Source: Octopus vulgaris (taxonomy: Eukaryota). From it: a DNA stretch of 64,000 nucleotides. Below, piece after piece: positions 13,674 to 27,560 of this stretch. Under the pieces are notes generated by a model. It worked only from the letters and a program-made list of their open reading frames with translations, made no database searches and was not told the origin of the DNA. Each line of letters starts with the position of its first letter. Position 1 is the stretch's first letter. The stretch lies in contig OX597818.1 in the NCBI GenBank assembly GCA_951406725.2, positions 93,744,001 through 93,808,000 on the forward strand, read 5' to 3'. Made by a program: the position numbers and the translations under genes.

Positions 13674-14690
13674 GTAAATATACTTGCCCTTTATCTCTCT
13701 TTTTCCCTCTCACTATTTCCCTAACTGCTACATTGAACTAACTGCCTTTCCATATCTAACCTGTGTTCAGACTTTAAGTCTTGCTTTGGTCAGTTAAATA
13801 AGTTCCTATAATCTGCTTAAGTCATCTATTCAGGAGATAGAGTTCCTTCCTTTGTTCTCAACAAATCATATAAATGTAAAAATGAAATATTATTGGTTGT
13901 GTTGATAGGATATTACACTAAATTCTGTACAACATTTAGTTTTGCTTCTCTATATTAGCAGTTTTAATCCTTTAGTCAACTTTGCATATCATTGTTCTGC
14001 AATTGAAGATCTAAGTACAAGTCCTGTACAAGTGTTTGGTTTTTCATCTATAGTCCATCCTTTGTTATAATCTAAGAAATCCTTGTAATTACAAAGAAAT
14101 CTACAGGCTAGCTTTTGACAGTCAATTGAAGTAAAAATTATTTTGTTTAATATTCCTTTAATGATGTTAAGAAAACCATGAACAACATACATTTTCAAGC
14201 CACTACTTTAAATATTAATGAAAATGATTTTTAACATGAGGATAAAACCACATGCTTTTAGGGGTGGATGTACTTTACTAGATCAACCTTATACTTCATT
14301 GATGCATCTTTTAACAACATTGGAAGAGTAGCTGTCAGTATATCAGTTTCTTTCTGATTTAACATTAAAGTCTTGCTTTTTATCCTAAAGCTAATAAAAT
14401 AAGTACAAACAATATACCCCTCCTCTATAAAATGTGAAAATGTAAGAAATCATTAAAGATAGTTGAGTACTCATCTAAATATCTTGCTTAATGCTGAGTT
14501 CAAACATTGCTGTCAGCTTGGTCATTCATTCTTCTGTTCCCAATGAAATAAGTACCAGTCACTCTACTAAACTCCTTTGTCACTTCTCTAAAATTTGTAG
14601 TTTCAGACCTACATTAAAGATTATTAAAATCCATTTTTTTTTTTGTATAATTATTACTAATCCACTTTTTTTGTGTGTGTGTCTCATTAG

Positions 14691-14825
14691 GATTTTGAAG
14701 GTGATGATATTGTAAGTTTATGTGAGATGTTAAAGCAGCTGGCTACTGATGGCAGTAAACATCGTGCCAAAAAGGATCGGCGGCAGCAAAGATCTACCTT
14801 CAGAGGGATATTGAAGTTTATAGAG
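14691..14825 (+). CDS. IFRD1: IFRD1/2 coding exon
   Basis: cattAG|...|GTTAGT. Encodes DFEGDDIVSLCEMLKQLATDGSKHRAKKDRRQQRSTFRGILKFIE, containing the hallmark LATDGxKHRAKxDxRxQRS motif. Confidence 0.97.
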
Positions 14826-15171
14826 GTTAGTATTGTTATTACTGTTCATTACAATATAACTTTTTGCATTCTATTGTCATCTCTTTTGTGAAATTTGGCA
14901 TCCTAAGATTAGCTTTCACCACTTCTGCCATGTCTTTCTTAGTCATTCTCTCCCACATCTCCCATTTGAATCTCTTGGCACTTCTTTACCCAGCTGCCAT
15001 CATCATCATCTATATGCAATACATCTCCATAGCAGTGCAGTCTTCTTTCTTGTACACAGCATATGAGTAGGACTGGTGATGGCTTTCCTTTTATACATAG
15101 TTTTTCTAGTTTTTCACAGCTTGCATCACCTTAACTTTGCTTTAGCCTCTCAACACCATCTTTGTTTAACG

Positions 15172-17070
15172 TCATCATCATCGTTTAACGTCCGCTTACC
15201 ATGCTGGCATGGGTTGGACGGTTTGACTGAGGACTGGCGAGTCAGATGGTTGCACCAGGCTCCAATTTTGATCTGGCAGTTTCTACAGCTGGATGCCTTT
15301 CCTATCGCCAACCACTCTGAGAGTGTAGTGGGTGCTTCTTATGTGCCACCGGCACAAGGGCCAGTCAGGCGGTACTAGCGACGGCCACGCTCAAATGGTG
15401 TTTTTTATGTGCCACCTGCACAGGAGCCAGTCCAGCGGCACTGGCAACGACTTCACTCGGATGGTGCTTTAACATTCCACTGGCGTGGGTGTCAGTCAGG
15501 CAGTGCTGTCATCAGCCACGACAGCGATTTTGATTGTGATTTCACTTGGCTCAACAGGTCTTCTCAAGCAAAGTTTAGTGTCCAATGAAAGAAAGGTACA
15601 CATTAGCATGGAAAACGGACGTTAAATGATGATGAAGTAGGCTTGTTACACTGCTGGCATGGCCACAAGTTATAGTCTCACTTGGCTTGCTTGGTCTTCT
15701 CAAGCACAGCATATTTCCAGAGGTCTCAGTCACTAGTCATTGCCTCGGCGAGGCCCAATGTTCGAAGGTCATGCATCACCACCTCATCCACAGATTCCCT
15801 CAACTGCTAGGGTGTGACACTTTTTCACACAGTTGTCCTCACCCGTTCATACCGCATGACCATACCAGTGCAGTCATCTCACTTGCACACCACATCTGAT
15901 GCTTCTTAAGTTCAACTTTTCTCTCAAGGGGCTTACACTGTCGTGTATGCACACTGACATTACACATCCAGCAGAGCATACTGGCTTCATTCCTTGCAAA
16001 TTTACATATGTCCTCAGCAATCACAGCCCATGTTTCACTACCATGTAGCATCGCTGTTCATATACATGCGTCATACAGTTTATCTTTTACTCTGAGCAAG
16101 AAGCCTTTTGTTACCAGCAGAGGTAGGAGCTCTCTGAACTTTGCCCAGCAGCTACACTTTCAGAGCATCCACGCCCGCTACTGACTTTGTCACCCAGGTA
16201 ACGGAAGCTGTCAACTACTTCTAGTTTTTTCCCTGGAATGTGACAGAAGTTGTTCTCTGCACATTTCCAGTGTTTATTGCTCCTATCTTCCCAGTTAGCA
16301 TTCCTTTGATATTGCTTGCAACTCTTATGTGTCCATAACTTGCACTGGGTACATCTTATAGAGTTTCTATCTACACCTTTTCTGCAGATCGAGTAGGGCC
16401 ATCTACCTGATTGTGGTTTGTCTGCCTTCCTACTTATTAAGACTTTGGTTTTACCTAGGTTGACTCTAAGGCCCTTCAATTCTAATCCTTGCTTCCACAC
16501 CTGAAACTTCTCCTCTAGTTCTGATAGTAACTCAGCAATAAGAGCAAGGTCATCAGCATAGAGGAGTTCCCAGGGGCATCCTGTCTTGAATCCCTCTGTT
16601 ATTGCCAGAAGGACTATGATAAATAGGAGGGGGCTGAGGACTGAACCTTGGTGGACCCCTACCTCTACCTGGAATTCTTCACTACTTGTTACCAAACCTC
16701 ACGTTACTGACAGCATGCCTGTACATGGCTTGCACAGCTCTCAGTAACCATTCATCTAGCCCTAGTTTCCTCATTGACCACCAGATAAGGGATCGGGGGA
16801 CCCTGTTAAAGATTTTCTCCATGTCAACAAAAGCCAGGTACAGGGGTTTATCTTTGGCTAGGTATTTCTCCTGCATCTGTCTTAACAGAAATATAACATC
16901 AGTTGTGCTTTTCCCTGGCACAAACCTAAACTGCATCTCATCTAGACCTCCATGAATTTCATTACCTGATCCAAGAGCTTGTTACCTCTGTAATTATTTG
17001 TATCTAATGCATCACCTGTACCTTTGTAGCAGTTGACTATGGTGCTGCTACGCCAGTCATTGGGTATGAC
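15172..17070 (-). mobile_element. 5'-truncated RTE-clade LINE
   Basis: RT motifs NYRG, QFxFVPGKSTTD, GVHQGSVLSPLLF, LYADD. Cys/His-rich segment SICRKGV..SIRCTQCKLWTHK. 3' tail ending in (GAT)n. Confidence 0.92.
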
Positions 17071-17198
17071 TGATGTATCCTGTGCTTTTGTTGTGCCATT
17101 TGATCTCCTGCATGTTTTAGCCCTGTTCATTTATACACACTTGTGTTTTAGCTATCAACTGATGAACCCATTATTTCAGTGATGTGATTAGATATCTC

Positions 17199-17245
<47 letters not shown>

Positions 17246-17246
<1 letters not shown>

Positions 17247-17617
17247 TAGCACTATAACCCAGCAATGCCGGGTCATAGTGCTAGTGCATGCATATACAGC
17301 TGCGTGCGTGCGCACATACACGCGAGTACTGTCCATATCTCCAACCAATCACATACAGCTAGCTGGCATTCAATTGGCTTATCAAGTTTTGGGCATTTTG
17401 ATAGGGTTTTGGATAGAAAATTCACAAAAATATTAAGTCTATTGATTTTTTTAATGGCTTTGCGAGGCGACTGAGGAAATGTAAAGATGTGCACGACCAC
17501 CCTTGGACGGTTTTGAATGACCATAGAAAGTGTGAGCCCTCTAACTGAAAAATTGTGAATTTGTATTAAGGACACGCACACACACAGACCAAAATTTTGC
17601 CGTTATATATATAGAGA
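17246..17617 (-). mobile_element. Short non-autonomous Helitron
   Basis: Minus strand 5'-TC(TC)TATATAT... to ...GC-rich hairpin + CTAG-3', inserted between A and T, no TSD. Confidence 0.75.
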
Positions 17618-17695
17618 TAACTGTATTATCACTAGACATCCTCTAATCTCTATTGTAATGTTTTAATATGTATGTTTGTGTATCTATTATTGTAG

Positions 17696-17824
17696 GATTT
17701 GGAGAGTCCTGCTGACATGATCAAATTTGGACCAGAGTGCCTTTACCTAGACAGCTGGGCGAGGAAGAAACAGTACGATAGCTTCTGTCAAGTTCTTGGG
17801 TCAGGTACTCCTCAACATTTTCAG
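17696..17824 (+). CDS. IFRD1: IFRD1/2 coding exon
   Basis: ttgtAG|...|GTAAAT. Encodes IKFGPECLYLDSWARKKQYDSFCQVLGSGTPQHFQ (cf. IKFGPERMYIDCWVKKHTYDTFKEVLGSGMQYHLQ). Confidence 0.97.
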
Positions 17825-18509
17825 GTAAATTCAACAATTTTAAGCCCTTCACCTCATTTACACAATGTAATTCCTACTTTACTACCTCACGTGTGTATTT
17901 AAGTGTATGCATTGTATATGAATACTTTTAATTTCTTCACTGATTTCAGTCGTTTTACCATATCTATGTTGAGGGTTCAAAACCTTAGTCAAATATATCT
18001 GCCTCATCCAGTGTGGTTACTCGTTCTATTTTCCTTTATTTACCGAATGCCTGGGTTTAACTTAACTTGCCTTTACTACTAAGGAGTTATCTCCCCTTAC
18101 GAAGTAAAATTTCTATCAAATTACAAATTGTTCAATCTCATCTAACGTGTGCAAAGCTTAAATAAGTTGAGTTGAGATGGAATATACAATGAAACATTTT
18201 ACATTGTTAAAAGAATAAACATTACACATTTCTAATGTATTGAGTCCTTTATTGAAGTATAGTCTTTGAACGCTAGCAATGTATGGGTTAATGATTTTAT
18301 TCATAATTAATACCATTACGCTTGAAAATTAAAAAATTTACTTCTGCATTGATGTTTATAATATTTTTGATTTTGTTCATTTATTCATTTGTCGATTTTC
18401 TTTGTATAAAGAAAATTCTGCTCTAAGTTAAGTGTCAACTGTTTCCACCAATTATAAAGATTTTTTGTTTGTTTGTTTTTTTATTTCATAATTTTGTCTC
18501 TTCTTTCAG

Positions 18510-18608
18510 GCCAACTATTTGTTGAGGGATGTCTTTGACCTTGGTGCTCCTTTACTTGAACTAGATGGCTTCAATCTTAGACCAAAGAAAATGACGAAGG
18601 GAGAACGG
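18510..18608 (+). CDS. IFRD1: IFRD1/2 coding exon
   Basis: ctttcAG|...|GTAAGT. Encodes ANYLLRDVFDLGAPLLELDGFNLRPKKMTKGER (cf. SNEFLRNVFELGPP...KISRFER). Confidence 0.95.
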
Positions 18609-20009
18609 GTAAGTTTATTAAATGTTGTGCACCTGGCTGCAAGATTTGTACATTTAACTAATTACTGTCTTGTGGCTTTTGTTTCTTAATACAAGTTTCT
18701 TGCAGTTGATATCCAACCTGAATAACTGCAAGTCAGTGTCTGCTGCTAAAATCTTGACTAGATATTTAAGCTCCGGGTGGCTGTGTTATACCTATCACTT
18801 ATGTGATAATCTCTTTTGAAATATTTGTATGTATGACATAGCAAATTCACACTATTGAGGTTGTTCTACTTGAGTTTCTGTTGGTCAATATCTGTAGAAA
18901 AACTGAACAATTGTTGCAGTTCTGAAAAAGAAAGATTAGTGGAAGAGTTTTGGTGAAGGAGTCACAGTAGAAAAAATAGCAGTGGTACTCATCTTGTTGG
19001 TTCAGAAAAGAGGGAATAATTATTTATGTAATGAAAGAGAAGACAGGAAGGATGCAGTTTGTCATTAAGGTGATGTTGGTGGTTGTTTCATCACTATTGC
19101 TAGACAAGTTTTCGTCTAGTAGGCTGAGATTCAAAAGCCATGTTCCTGTAAATATGCATAATTAAGAAATACTCCATTTTCTTGTAGTATTAACTTTCAA
19201 ACAACCTGGTGGCCTTAAGAAGCTAATGGGAGAATACCCTAGTACTCAACCTCTATGCACCCATCCTAATCAACTTTGAAAGGAACCTCTTCTGACCCTA
19301 ACTGACATTCTTCTAATGATGGTTATTTGACTTGATGGCATGAAGTTTAATATAACCAAACCATTGCCAGAGTTGTCACTGTACTGCTAAAGATCTAATT
19401 CTCCACTACGTTCTATTTATAAATAGAATTTTTATGTTGCCTTTTAGGTGGGTGATGGCTGTTTTATAGTAGTTAGTCCTTTTGAAAAATGGTAGTTCTC
19501 ATCATTAAAGATGTAATTTTAATTAATTCAAATTTATTGGCTTTCTGTGTGGTTCACACCCAGTCACTGGTGATGTGTTATACGTAATTCTGGTGTGCAC
19601 TTTCAATAATCCCATCAAATATGAAATGATGCATATATTGGAGATGATGAAATTGTTTTAAAGTTACTTACTTTGTTTCCTTGTTGCACATAGTATGTTC
19701 ACCTGTTGCTGAAGGTATTGAATTCAGACAAGTGTCAGGAATTCAAATTAATTGTAAATTCTACATATAATGAGACTTCATGACAGCAGGTAAGGTGATT
19801 GTGTGATGAGACCAATATTTACTTAAGTTTACATTTATGTTTTTGATATCAATACACTTGAAACAACCCCTGGATATGTATGCAAAAATTGTTGCTCAAC
19901 CTGTTAGGAATAGCAGTCAAATTTCACCCACACATTGGACACTAGTCACTGATATACAAAAAAGGAAAGACAATCTATAAGGTCAGAAATGGATCTCTTT
20001 TAATAAATA

Positions 20010-20374
20010 CTAGCAGTATCGCCCGGCGTTGCTCGGGTTTGTAAGGGAAATAACTATATAAGCATTTTTAGAGATGTAAAGTATAATAGCCATCTCAATA
20101 GTAGCTTTTTACGTTCTGAGATTTAATAATTTTTTAGAGAGTTACTTCCCTTATATATGCCAAAAATGCATTAAAAATGGGGAAAATTGATGGTAAATTT
20201 TTTTTTAAATCGTAGACTCATCGTAGACGCACGCTAATATCCAGAAGGGCTCGATGTGAATCACGACTATAAGATACCCGGTTTGGGTTAAACTGCACCG
20301 CAAAATGTGGGAGTAGTTAGGAATCTAAATCGTAGGAGACAGACGGCACACAACCTCACTTTTATATATATAGA
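20010..20374 (-). mobile_element. Short non-autonomous Helitron
   Basis: 5'-TCTATATAT, subterminal hairpin CCCGAGCAACGCCGGG, 3'-CTAG, A|T insertion site. Confidence 0.82.
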
Positions 20375-20649
20375 TAAGCACACTGCCTTGCAGGTCAAGT
20401 GGTGATATAGAGTTCTCTACCTGTGTTGAATCACGCTCACTATCTCTACATTCTCTTCATCTTGGTATATCAGTTGTTATTTATGGCATTCCCTCTCAGT
20501 CTATCTATATTCTATTTCAAAGTCTCCATGTGAGTGGTTGGATTGTGTTGGCAATGTAGTATCTGAAGAGCTTGATGCATTAAGCATCTCAAAGTGTGTG
20601 TGCTTCTATGTAAATATATTTATGGACATAGATATGCTTATGTATGTAT

Positions 20650-22518
20650 TATCATTGTCGTTTAACATCTCCTTTCTATGCTGGCATGGGTTGGACAGTT
20701 TGACTGAGGACTGGCAGGCCAGGAGGCTGCACCAGAGTTTCTACAGCTGGATGCCCTTCCTAACACCAATCACTGAGAGTGCTGCCAGTCAGGCAGCACT
20801 GGCATCAGTCACACTTGAATGATGGTTTTTACGTGCCACCTGCATGGGTGCAGTCAGGCGGCACTGGCATTGGCCACAACTACGGTTTCTCTTGGTTCGA
20901 CAGGTTTTCACAAGCACGGCATATTGCCCAACAATTGAAGGCTGCTTTTAAATGGGCCAGTTATGTGACACTGGCATTGGCCACAGCTACAATCTCACTT
21001 GGCTTGCTGGGTCTTCTCAAGCACAGCATATCTCCAAAGGTCTCAATCGCTTGTAATCACCTCTGTGAGGCCCAATATTCAAAGGTTGTGCTTTATCACT
21101 TCATCATGTGTCTTCCTGAGTCTAACACTTCCACAAGTTCCCTCCACTGTTAGGATGTGACACTTTTTCACACAGCTGTCCTTATCCATACACAACACAT
21201 GACCATACCAGTGTAGTTGTCTCTTGCATATGACATCTGAAGCTTCTTATGTCCAACTTTTCTCTCAGTGTCCTTACACTGTCATGTATGCACACTGATA
21301 TTACACATCCAGTAGAGCATACTAGCTTCATTTCTTTCAAGCTTATGCATGTCCTCAGCAGTCACAGCCCATGTTTCACTGCTGTATAGCATGGCTGTTT
21401 GCACACAGGCATCATACAGTCTACCTTTCACTCTGAGCGAGAGGCCCTTTGTTACCAGTAGAGGTAGGAGCTCTCTGGACTTTGTCTAGGCTATTCGTAT
21501 CCTATCAGCTATGCTTTCAGAGCACCCAGCCCCGCTGCTGAGTTGGTTACCTAGGTAACAGAATCCATCAACTACTTTTAGTTTTTTTCCCCTGGCATGT
21601 GATGAAATTTGTTTTCTATACATCTTCAGTGCTTATTGCACCTGTGCATCTGTCGCACACAAAAACTATCATCCTAGTTAACCTTCATTTGATATTGCTG
21701 CACTTATGTATCCATAGCTTATACTGTATTCATGCCTTTTCTACAGATCGAGCAGAGCCATCTACCTGAAGGGATTTGTGATTTGTCTGCCTTCCTACTT
21801 ACTAAGACTTTGGTTTTTGCTAGATTGACTCTAAGGCCATTCGATTCTTGACCTTGCTTCCACATTTGAAACTTTATCTCTAGTTCTGATAGTGACTCAG
21901 CTATTAGAGCAAGGTCATCAGCATAACGTAGCTCTCAGAGGTACCCTGTCTTGAATTTCTCTGTTATTGCCTGGAGGACTATGATGAACAAGAGGGGGCT
22001 GAGGACTGATCATTGGTGAACCCCCACTTTTCGAATTTTCTACTGTACTCGTTGTCAACCCTCACCTTACTGACAGCATCCTTGTACATGGCTTGTACAG
22101 CTCTCACCAACTACTCATCTATCCCTAATCTCAGCATTGACCACCGGATAAGGGATTGGGATACCCTGTCAAAGCCTTTCTCTATGTCAACAAAAGCCAA
22201 GTACAAAGGTTGATCTTTGGCTAGGAATTTCTCCTGCAGCTGTCTTACTAGAAATATAGCATCAGTAGTGCTTCTCCCTGGCACAAACCCAAATTACATC
22301 TTATCTAAACTAACTCTCTCCCTAATTAGTTAGGCTATGACCTTCTCTGTGACTTTCATCACCCGATCTAACAATCTGATACTTCTGTAATTGTTTCTAT
22401 CTAATGCTTCACCTTTACTTTAGTAGCAGTTGACTGGTATTCTATACCAGTCATTGGATATGACTCCTTCATGTATCACTTGGTTAACTATATGGATGAC
22501 TAGACTATCGCCTACAGC
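20650..22518 (-). mobile_element. 5'-truncated RTE-clade LINE, same family as 15172-17070
   Basis: Collinear nucleotide similarity to the 15-17 kb copy over RT, C-terminus and 3'UTR; many stops. Confidence 0.9.
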
Positions 22519-22686
22519 CAGGGGTGTAGCTAGGGTAGATGGCACCTAGGGCAAGCATCAGAATTGTCCCTCCCACAACAAAATGTGGTAACTCGCATAG
22601 AAATGGCTGAATCAGAAAAATTGCGCCCCACTCAAAGTGGTGCCCAGGGCATGTGCCCTGCTTGCCCCACCCTAGCTATACCCCTG
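22519..22686. mobile_element. hAT-like MITE
   Basis: TIRs CAGGGGTGTAGCTAGGG / CCCTAGCTATACCCCTG. Flanks CCTACAGC / CCTACACT (imperfect 8-bp TSD). Confidence 0.8.
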
Positions 22687-22945
22687 CCTACACTGCCTTT
22701 GAAAAAGTAAACTCAAATGATAGAAAAATCCACAACTTTGTGTGTAGACTATAAAAATGGTGCATGCACACCAAAAAGTTGTTTGCATCAATACATCTGA
22801 CTGTGCATATGTCTTGGTGAAAAAAAAGTTGCATTCTTGCACAGAGAAGATATTTAAAATCATACTAAGACTTTTGATCTGCTGGTTTATCCATGATATT
22901 ATACATATTGTATAGTTGTTAAATCTGAGCATAGCTTGTCTTTAA

Positions 22946-23116
22946 CCCTTCTGATACCAACTCATTTGAGACTGCCTCTGGCTCTATGATACAAACCGTC
23001 CATCAAAGTTTCATGTTAATTTACATTCCAAACACCAACTTAACCACAAAGTTATTTTTAAAATTTTCAAATAATTGATATGAAGTCTATTTCAACAGAA
23101 TTTGGTAACAAAAGAG
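22946..23116. mobile_element. piggyBac-like MITE (related copies at ~1340-1460 and tandemly at ~27700-28331)
   Basis: TTAA|CCCTTCTGATACC...GGTAACAAAAGAG|TTAA; internal sequence shared with the 27.7-28.3 kb copies. Confidence 0.7.
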
Positions 23117-23216
23117 TTAAGAGCACTTTTTGCTTGACAGTAGATTATAATAAACTAATCCATCAACTTAAATGTTTTTCCCCACACTCTAACAAATATT
23201 TTTTTATATATTTCAG

Positions 23217-23306
23217 AACTACTACAATATATCGGTGGAGAAAAAACGTACCAAAGCTCGTGCTAAGAATCGTGACAAGAGATCTGTCACTGTGAGTTGT
23301 TACTGA
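23217..23306 (+). CDS. IFRD1: IFRD1/2 terminal coding exon
   Basis: tttcAG| then NYYNISVEKKRTKARAKNRDKRSVTVSCY*, with the IFRD C-terminal motif RTKARxKxRDKR. TGA at 23304-23306. Confidence 0.95.
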   Translation, partial: NYYNISVEKKRTKARAKNRDKRSVTVSCY

Positions 23307-26206
23307 GCCTGATTATCATCCACCTGTTTCCAGTTAGGAGAATTGATCTCGCTTATCTTCATAGCAGGGCTCACTCAACACAAGGCCTGCTTTCAATTTC
23401 TAGAAGTTGACAGTGGTGGTGGTATCAACAGCATGTAACGTTTAAGTTACCATGGTTCAATGATTTATATTTCCAATTATTAAATAGGTTTTTGTTGTTT
23501 TTTTTTACTTTCAAATTGTAGGTTTTGTTTTGTTCATTCCTTTCTCCTTTCCCTGGCTCTCATCTTTCTGCTTCATCTTGCTGAGTACCTCATAAGATAC
23601 AGCTTGTTAAATAATATTGAGACCGATTATGTGCTCCACACAGCATTGTAGCAATATTTTGAAGTGAACCTCCTAATAGTTCTCCCTCCATCCAAAACTG
23701 AATTTATTTTTATTTATTACAGAATCTGGTTATGAAATTGTGGTTGTTGGTTGTGTTGCTATGGCATGTAACTTAGTTTCATCTTAACTTTTTTTATAAT
23801 CCGCTGAAATTTGCATCATGGTTAAGGTCCGGTGAGATTACACAATAGTTTTATGTTGTTGGTTATACTTTTGCATCATTCGTACTTCGGTTTTTGTCAT
23901 CTTAGCATCACGTTAGCTTCCTGTCAAACTAATTTCTTTCGTTAATTACTCTATCATCGTTACTCAGCTAGTCCACATGAGCTGTTTGAATAGTTTGAGA
24001 GGAATCAGTTTAAAATCGAATAATAATTGCTTTGTGCTTTCAATAACGAATTCATCAGTACAGTGATTTTTCTGTTTGAATTTCCTCTGGATTTATGGTT
24101 ATATATATAGTATATATATATATGTATATTTTTAAAGAACTCTGGAAATTTCCATTATACCATGGTGAATTTTATACCGGAGATGTTAGGACTGACATGG
24201 TAGCTCTTGGTTAAATTACTGTTCATCTCCTGTGATGTGGTTTTAGTCAGCTTGTTGCTGCCTGTTTTTATATTTCTCATTTGATTCTGGATGAACATCT
24301 TCCTCAGGATTGTGAAAATGTTTAAAATCGACTTATTTTTATGTATTTTGCCTGAATGTTCTTCAATTTTTGTGTGGCGGGGTGTATAATTTCAAATGTT
24401 CCTTTCAACTGACCACCGGTGAGGCTAATTTAATGAATATGCCTTACATATCTGTCTTTACTGTCCAGTGATCCTGTGGTAGCATTCGGCTGCAACCACT
24501 GATGTGATTGTCATTTCTCCTCCCACCATTTAGACGTCCTGTTTTCTTGCCACCTACATTAACAGTTGTATTGTGGTTGTGCTCATCCTTAAAATACATT
24601 TAGAATCCAATTATATTGCCAACCAGAAACACACAGAAATCACTATAAATTTGTTTTCATTTTCCTCTCATTTAAAATAAATTAAATATATGATATTTTT
24701 ATGAGTTGTCAAAAATCTATTAAAAGCACAAAAAAAAATATTCATTATCAGTCCATTGGATATTGTTTGGACAGTGTGTGTGTGTGCATATATTTATATA
24801 TAATATATATACACACATTTTAAATGTAAACCAAAGTGAAAAGGTAGTGTGAAAAGATTTAATGGTTTCTTTGGTGTTACCCAAGTGTATTCTGTTTGAC
24901 ACTATGGTTCATTTCTAAATCGCTTCATTACTACATGGCTGGGCTTATTTAACAATTAGTCATTTCTCACCTTGTCTTTTATCTTTTCTACATCTGTACT
25001 ATCTCACTTCTCCATTCCTATGCTGATTTTTCACTGTGTTCTCCTATTGTCACATTTGTCTTCAATATATATATATATATGCACTGTCAGTGTGTATGTT
25101 TACATCTCAATGCAAAGCATTCAAGTATAAGTACATATCTGAGATAGACGAAAAAATGTGAGCTCCATGTCCTCCGTGGAATCCACCACTCACATTAGTT
25201 CTCTTGGTATTGGGGTGTGTAAAATTTTAAGGCTGTTTTGAACCCTAGCACAAACAGTTTATATCTTACCTGTTGGGCATGATGGGAGTGCCATTGAAGA
25301 AACACGTCAGGTAGTGATCGTTACACTGAAGCCTGTGTTTCGGTGTGGTTTCTCTCATGTTTGCACTCTTGCAAGTTTAGCTTTGTTTATAAATGCAAAC
25401 ATCTGTTTACTGTTCAACTTCAGATTAATGATATATAAATATATGTATTGATACATATATGATGGAGAAAGCCATGTTGAACGCCCATCTGTATCATAAT
25501 ATGTAAATCTATTGAATTTCAGAATTAGTTTTGTCATTTCTTTCTAGTTTGACAAACTCTGATAAAGAGGATTATGATTATTGACTTGGTTATTTAGAAA
25601 GTCCTATATTTGGCAAAAAATGCTGGGATGGGGGTTGGTGGAGGTTAAGATGAATGTTCAAGGATTTCGCTGTTTTTCACATCTATAAGGTACTCATAAC
25701 CCACCCATATCTCCTATTTTCCTTTATTTATTTATTTATTTTAGGTTTTATTTTATTCTTCATAAAGATGATGAGTTCTTATTCCAGACGGCTAGACAGA
25801 AAATTCTTATTGGAATGGAGATGACCAATGTTATGTGGTCTTTGCTACTTACCATCATCTTAATCCTTCATTTTTTTTTTTTTTTCTTATCCCATCTATC
25901 CATGCTGTCTATCCACCCTCATCAGTCTCCACATCTAAATTAAGTTGCAAACCAAAGCAAAATAACAACAAAAAAATAATAAACCTTAAAGTGAATATTT
26001 TTGTAAACTTGTGCATGTGTATATAAATAAATCCTTTGTGTGTGTATGCATAATATATATATATAATGTGGATATATATATATATAAGGACACCCATACA
26101 TACACAAATTTGGTTGAGAGAAATATAACAATGTTTACTAATATTTTTATTTGTTTTATTTTCTCCCTCGTTTAAAAACTAGCATGGACATTTCTTTCTG
26201 AATAAA
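23307..26206 (+). other. Probable long 3'UTR of IFRD1 with candidate polyA signals
   Basis: T-rich stretch after the stop with no recognisable TE. AATAAA at 24676, 26026 and 26201; SINEs resume at ~26375. Confidence 0.55.
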
Positions 26207-27049
26207 TTAATTTCTATTTAAATTTTGAGTCTGCCTGAATTTTAATTAAAGAAAAGGAAGGAAAAACATGATTTTGTCACCTGTGTTGTTTCTTTATCAT
26301 ACACATCTTTCATTCTGAATCCTTTATTTTTTTATATCTCATGTTTTAAATCATGTGATGTCTATGGATTTATGTTCAGAGTTCACTTTCTGGTGAGCTC
26401 AGCTTTGCTTTTCATCCTTTCAGGGTCAATGAAATAAGTACCAGTCAAGCACTGGGTGTAATCAACTACATCCTTCCCCAAAAATTTCAGGCCTTGTACC
26501 TATAGTAGAAAGGATTATTATTATTATTAATAATAATGTGAGCTGGCAGAATTTAGTGCTTTGCTGTATTTTGTCCCTCTTTTCATCTGAGTTCAAATTC
26601 TGATGTTGACTTTGCCTTTCATCATTTTGGCGTCAATAAAATAGGTACCAGTTGAGCACTGGGGTTGATGAAATTGACTTAGTTCCTCCCCTCAAAATTT
26701 CAGGTCTTGTGCTAGAAGGGATTATTATTTTAAGCATAATGACCTCACTTATGCTAAATGTGTGAAACCTCAATCATCCATTGTTCTACCATTTGCTGAT
26801 AAGTTTTTTCTCAACATTCAACTTGGCCAAAAACAATTTGCAAACCAATTAAGAATCACTACAAGATTAGTCCAACATCTTTAAGCTTTCCAAAGCAAAA
26901 CAGAACTTTTGCAAGGTAGCATTTCATTAAATTTAATCTCTCAGCTGTTGGCATCATGATAAAATGCAAGTGCACTCTATAAAGCAATTGATGCAATGCA
27001 GGATACCAAACACCTTACAGCAAGGCTGGAATGTACTTAACTCCAATGT

Positions 27050-27560
27050 TATGGACTGTTCTGAAGAAAAAAATCCAGCCAAAGACAGTATGGTAGTCCT
27101 TGACATGTACTTTAGATAAAGAAGCTTCATATATGATGTACATACAGTAGTATGTACTAAGTGTACATTAGAAATAGACTCTTAAATGTTTGGATGGTTC
27201 ACTAGAAGTCAATAGCTTTTGTTACCTAGGATACGTTATTAACAGCAGAGATGATTGCTCTGAAAGCATAGAAGCCAATCTAAGAACACGATGTAAAAAG
27301 TTTGGTGATCTACCGTTGCTGGTAGTAATCTTTTCCTTTGGTGTTAAGGACAGGTTAAAATTGGATATTGCATGGGAATGAAACATGCATTGAATGCAGA
27401 GGACATAAGACTGGAAAGAAATTAAGCTCCATTTGATGTATAATGTAAGTATATACGGATGAAATAGTGCAAATGCATTGAGAAAAACTAGGCATGAGGA
27501 ATCAAGATGTGCTACAAAGAAGACTGCACTTGTGGACATGGGATGCATATGGATAAAGAA
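27050..27560 (+). mobile_element. Highly decayed RTE LINE fragment
   Basis: LEVNSFCYLG...CSESIEA...KKFGDLPLL matches the RTE C-terminal region seen in the other copies. Confidence 0.65.

Noticed and set aside
16111-16936. RT ORFs as an active or domesticated gene (also 40660-42006, 56842-57506)
   Set aside because: All are 5'-truncated with frameshifts and stops; ordinary dead LINE copies.
18690-19420. Possible very old LINE remnant on minus (also ~63060-63520)
   Set aside because: Only faint motif traces; could not be supported or classified by eye.
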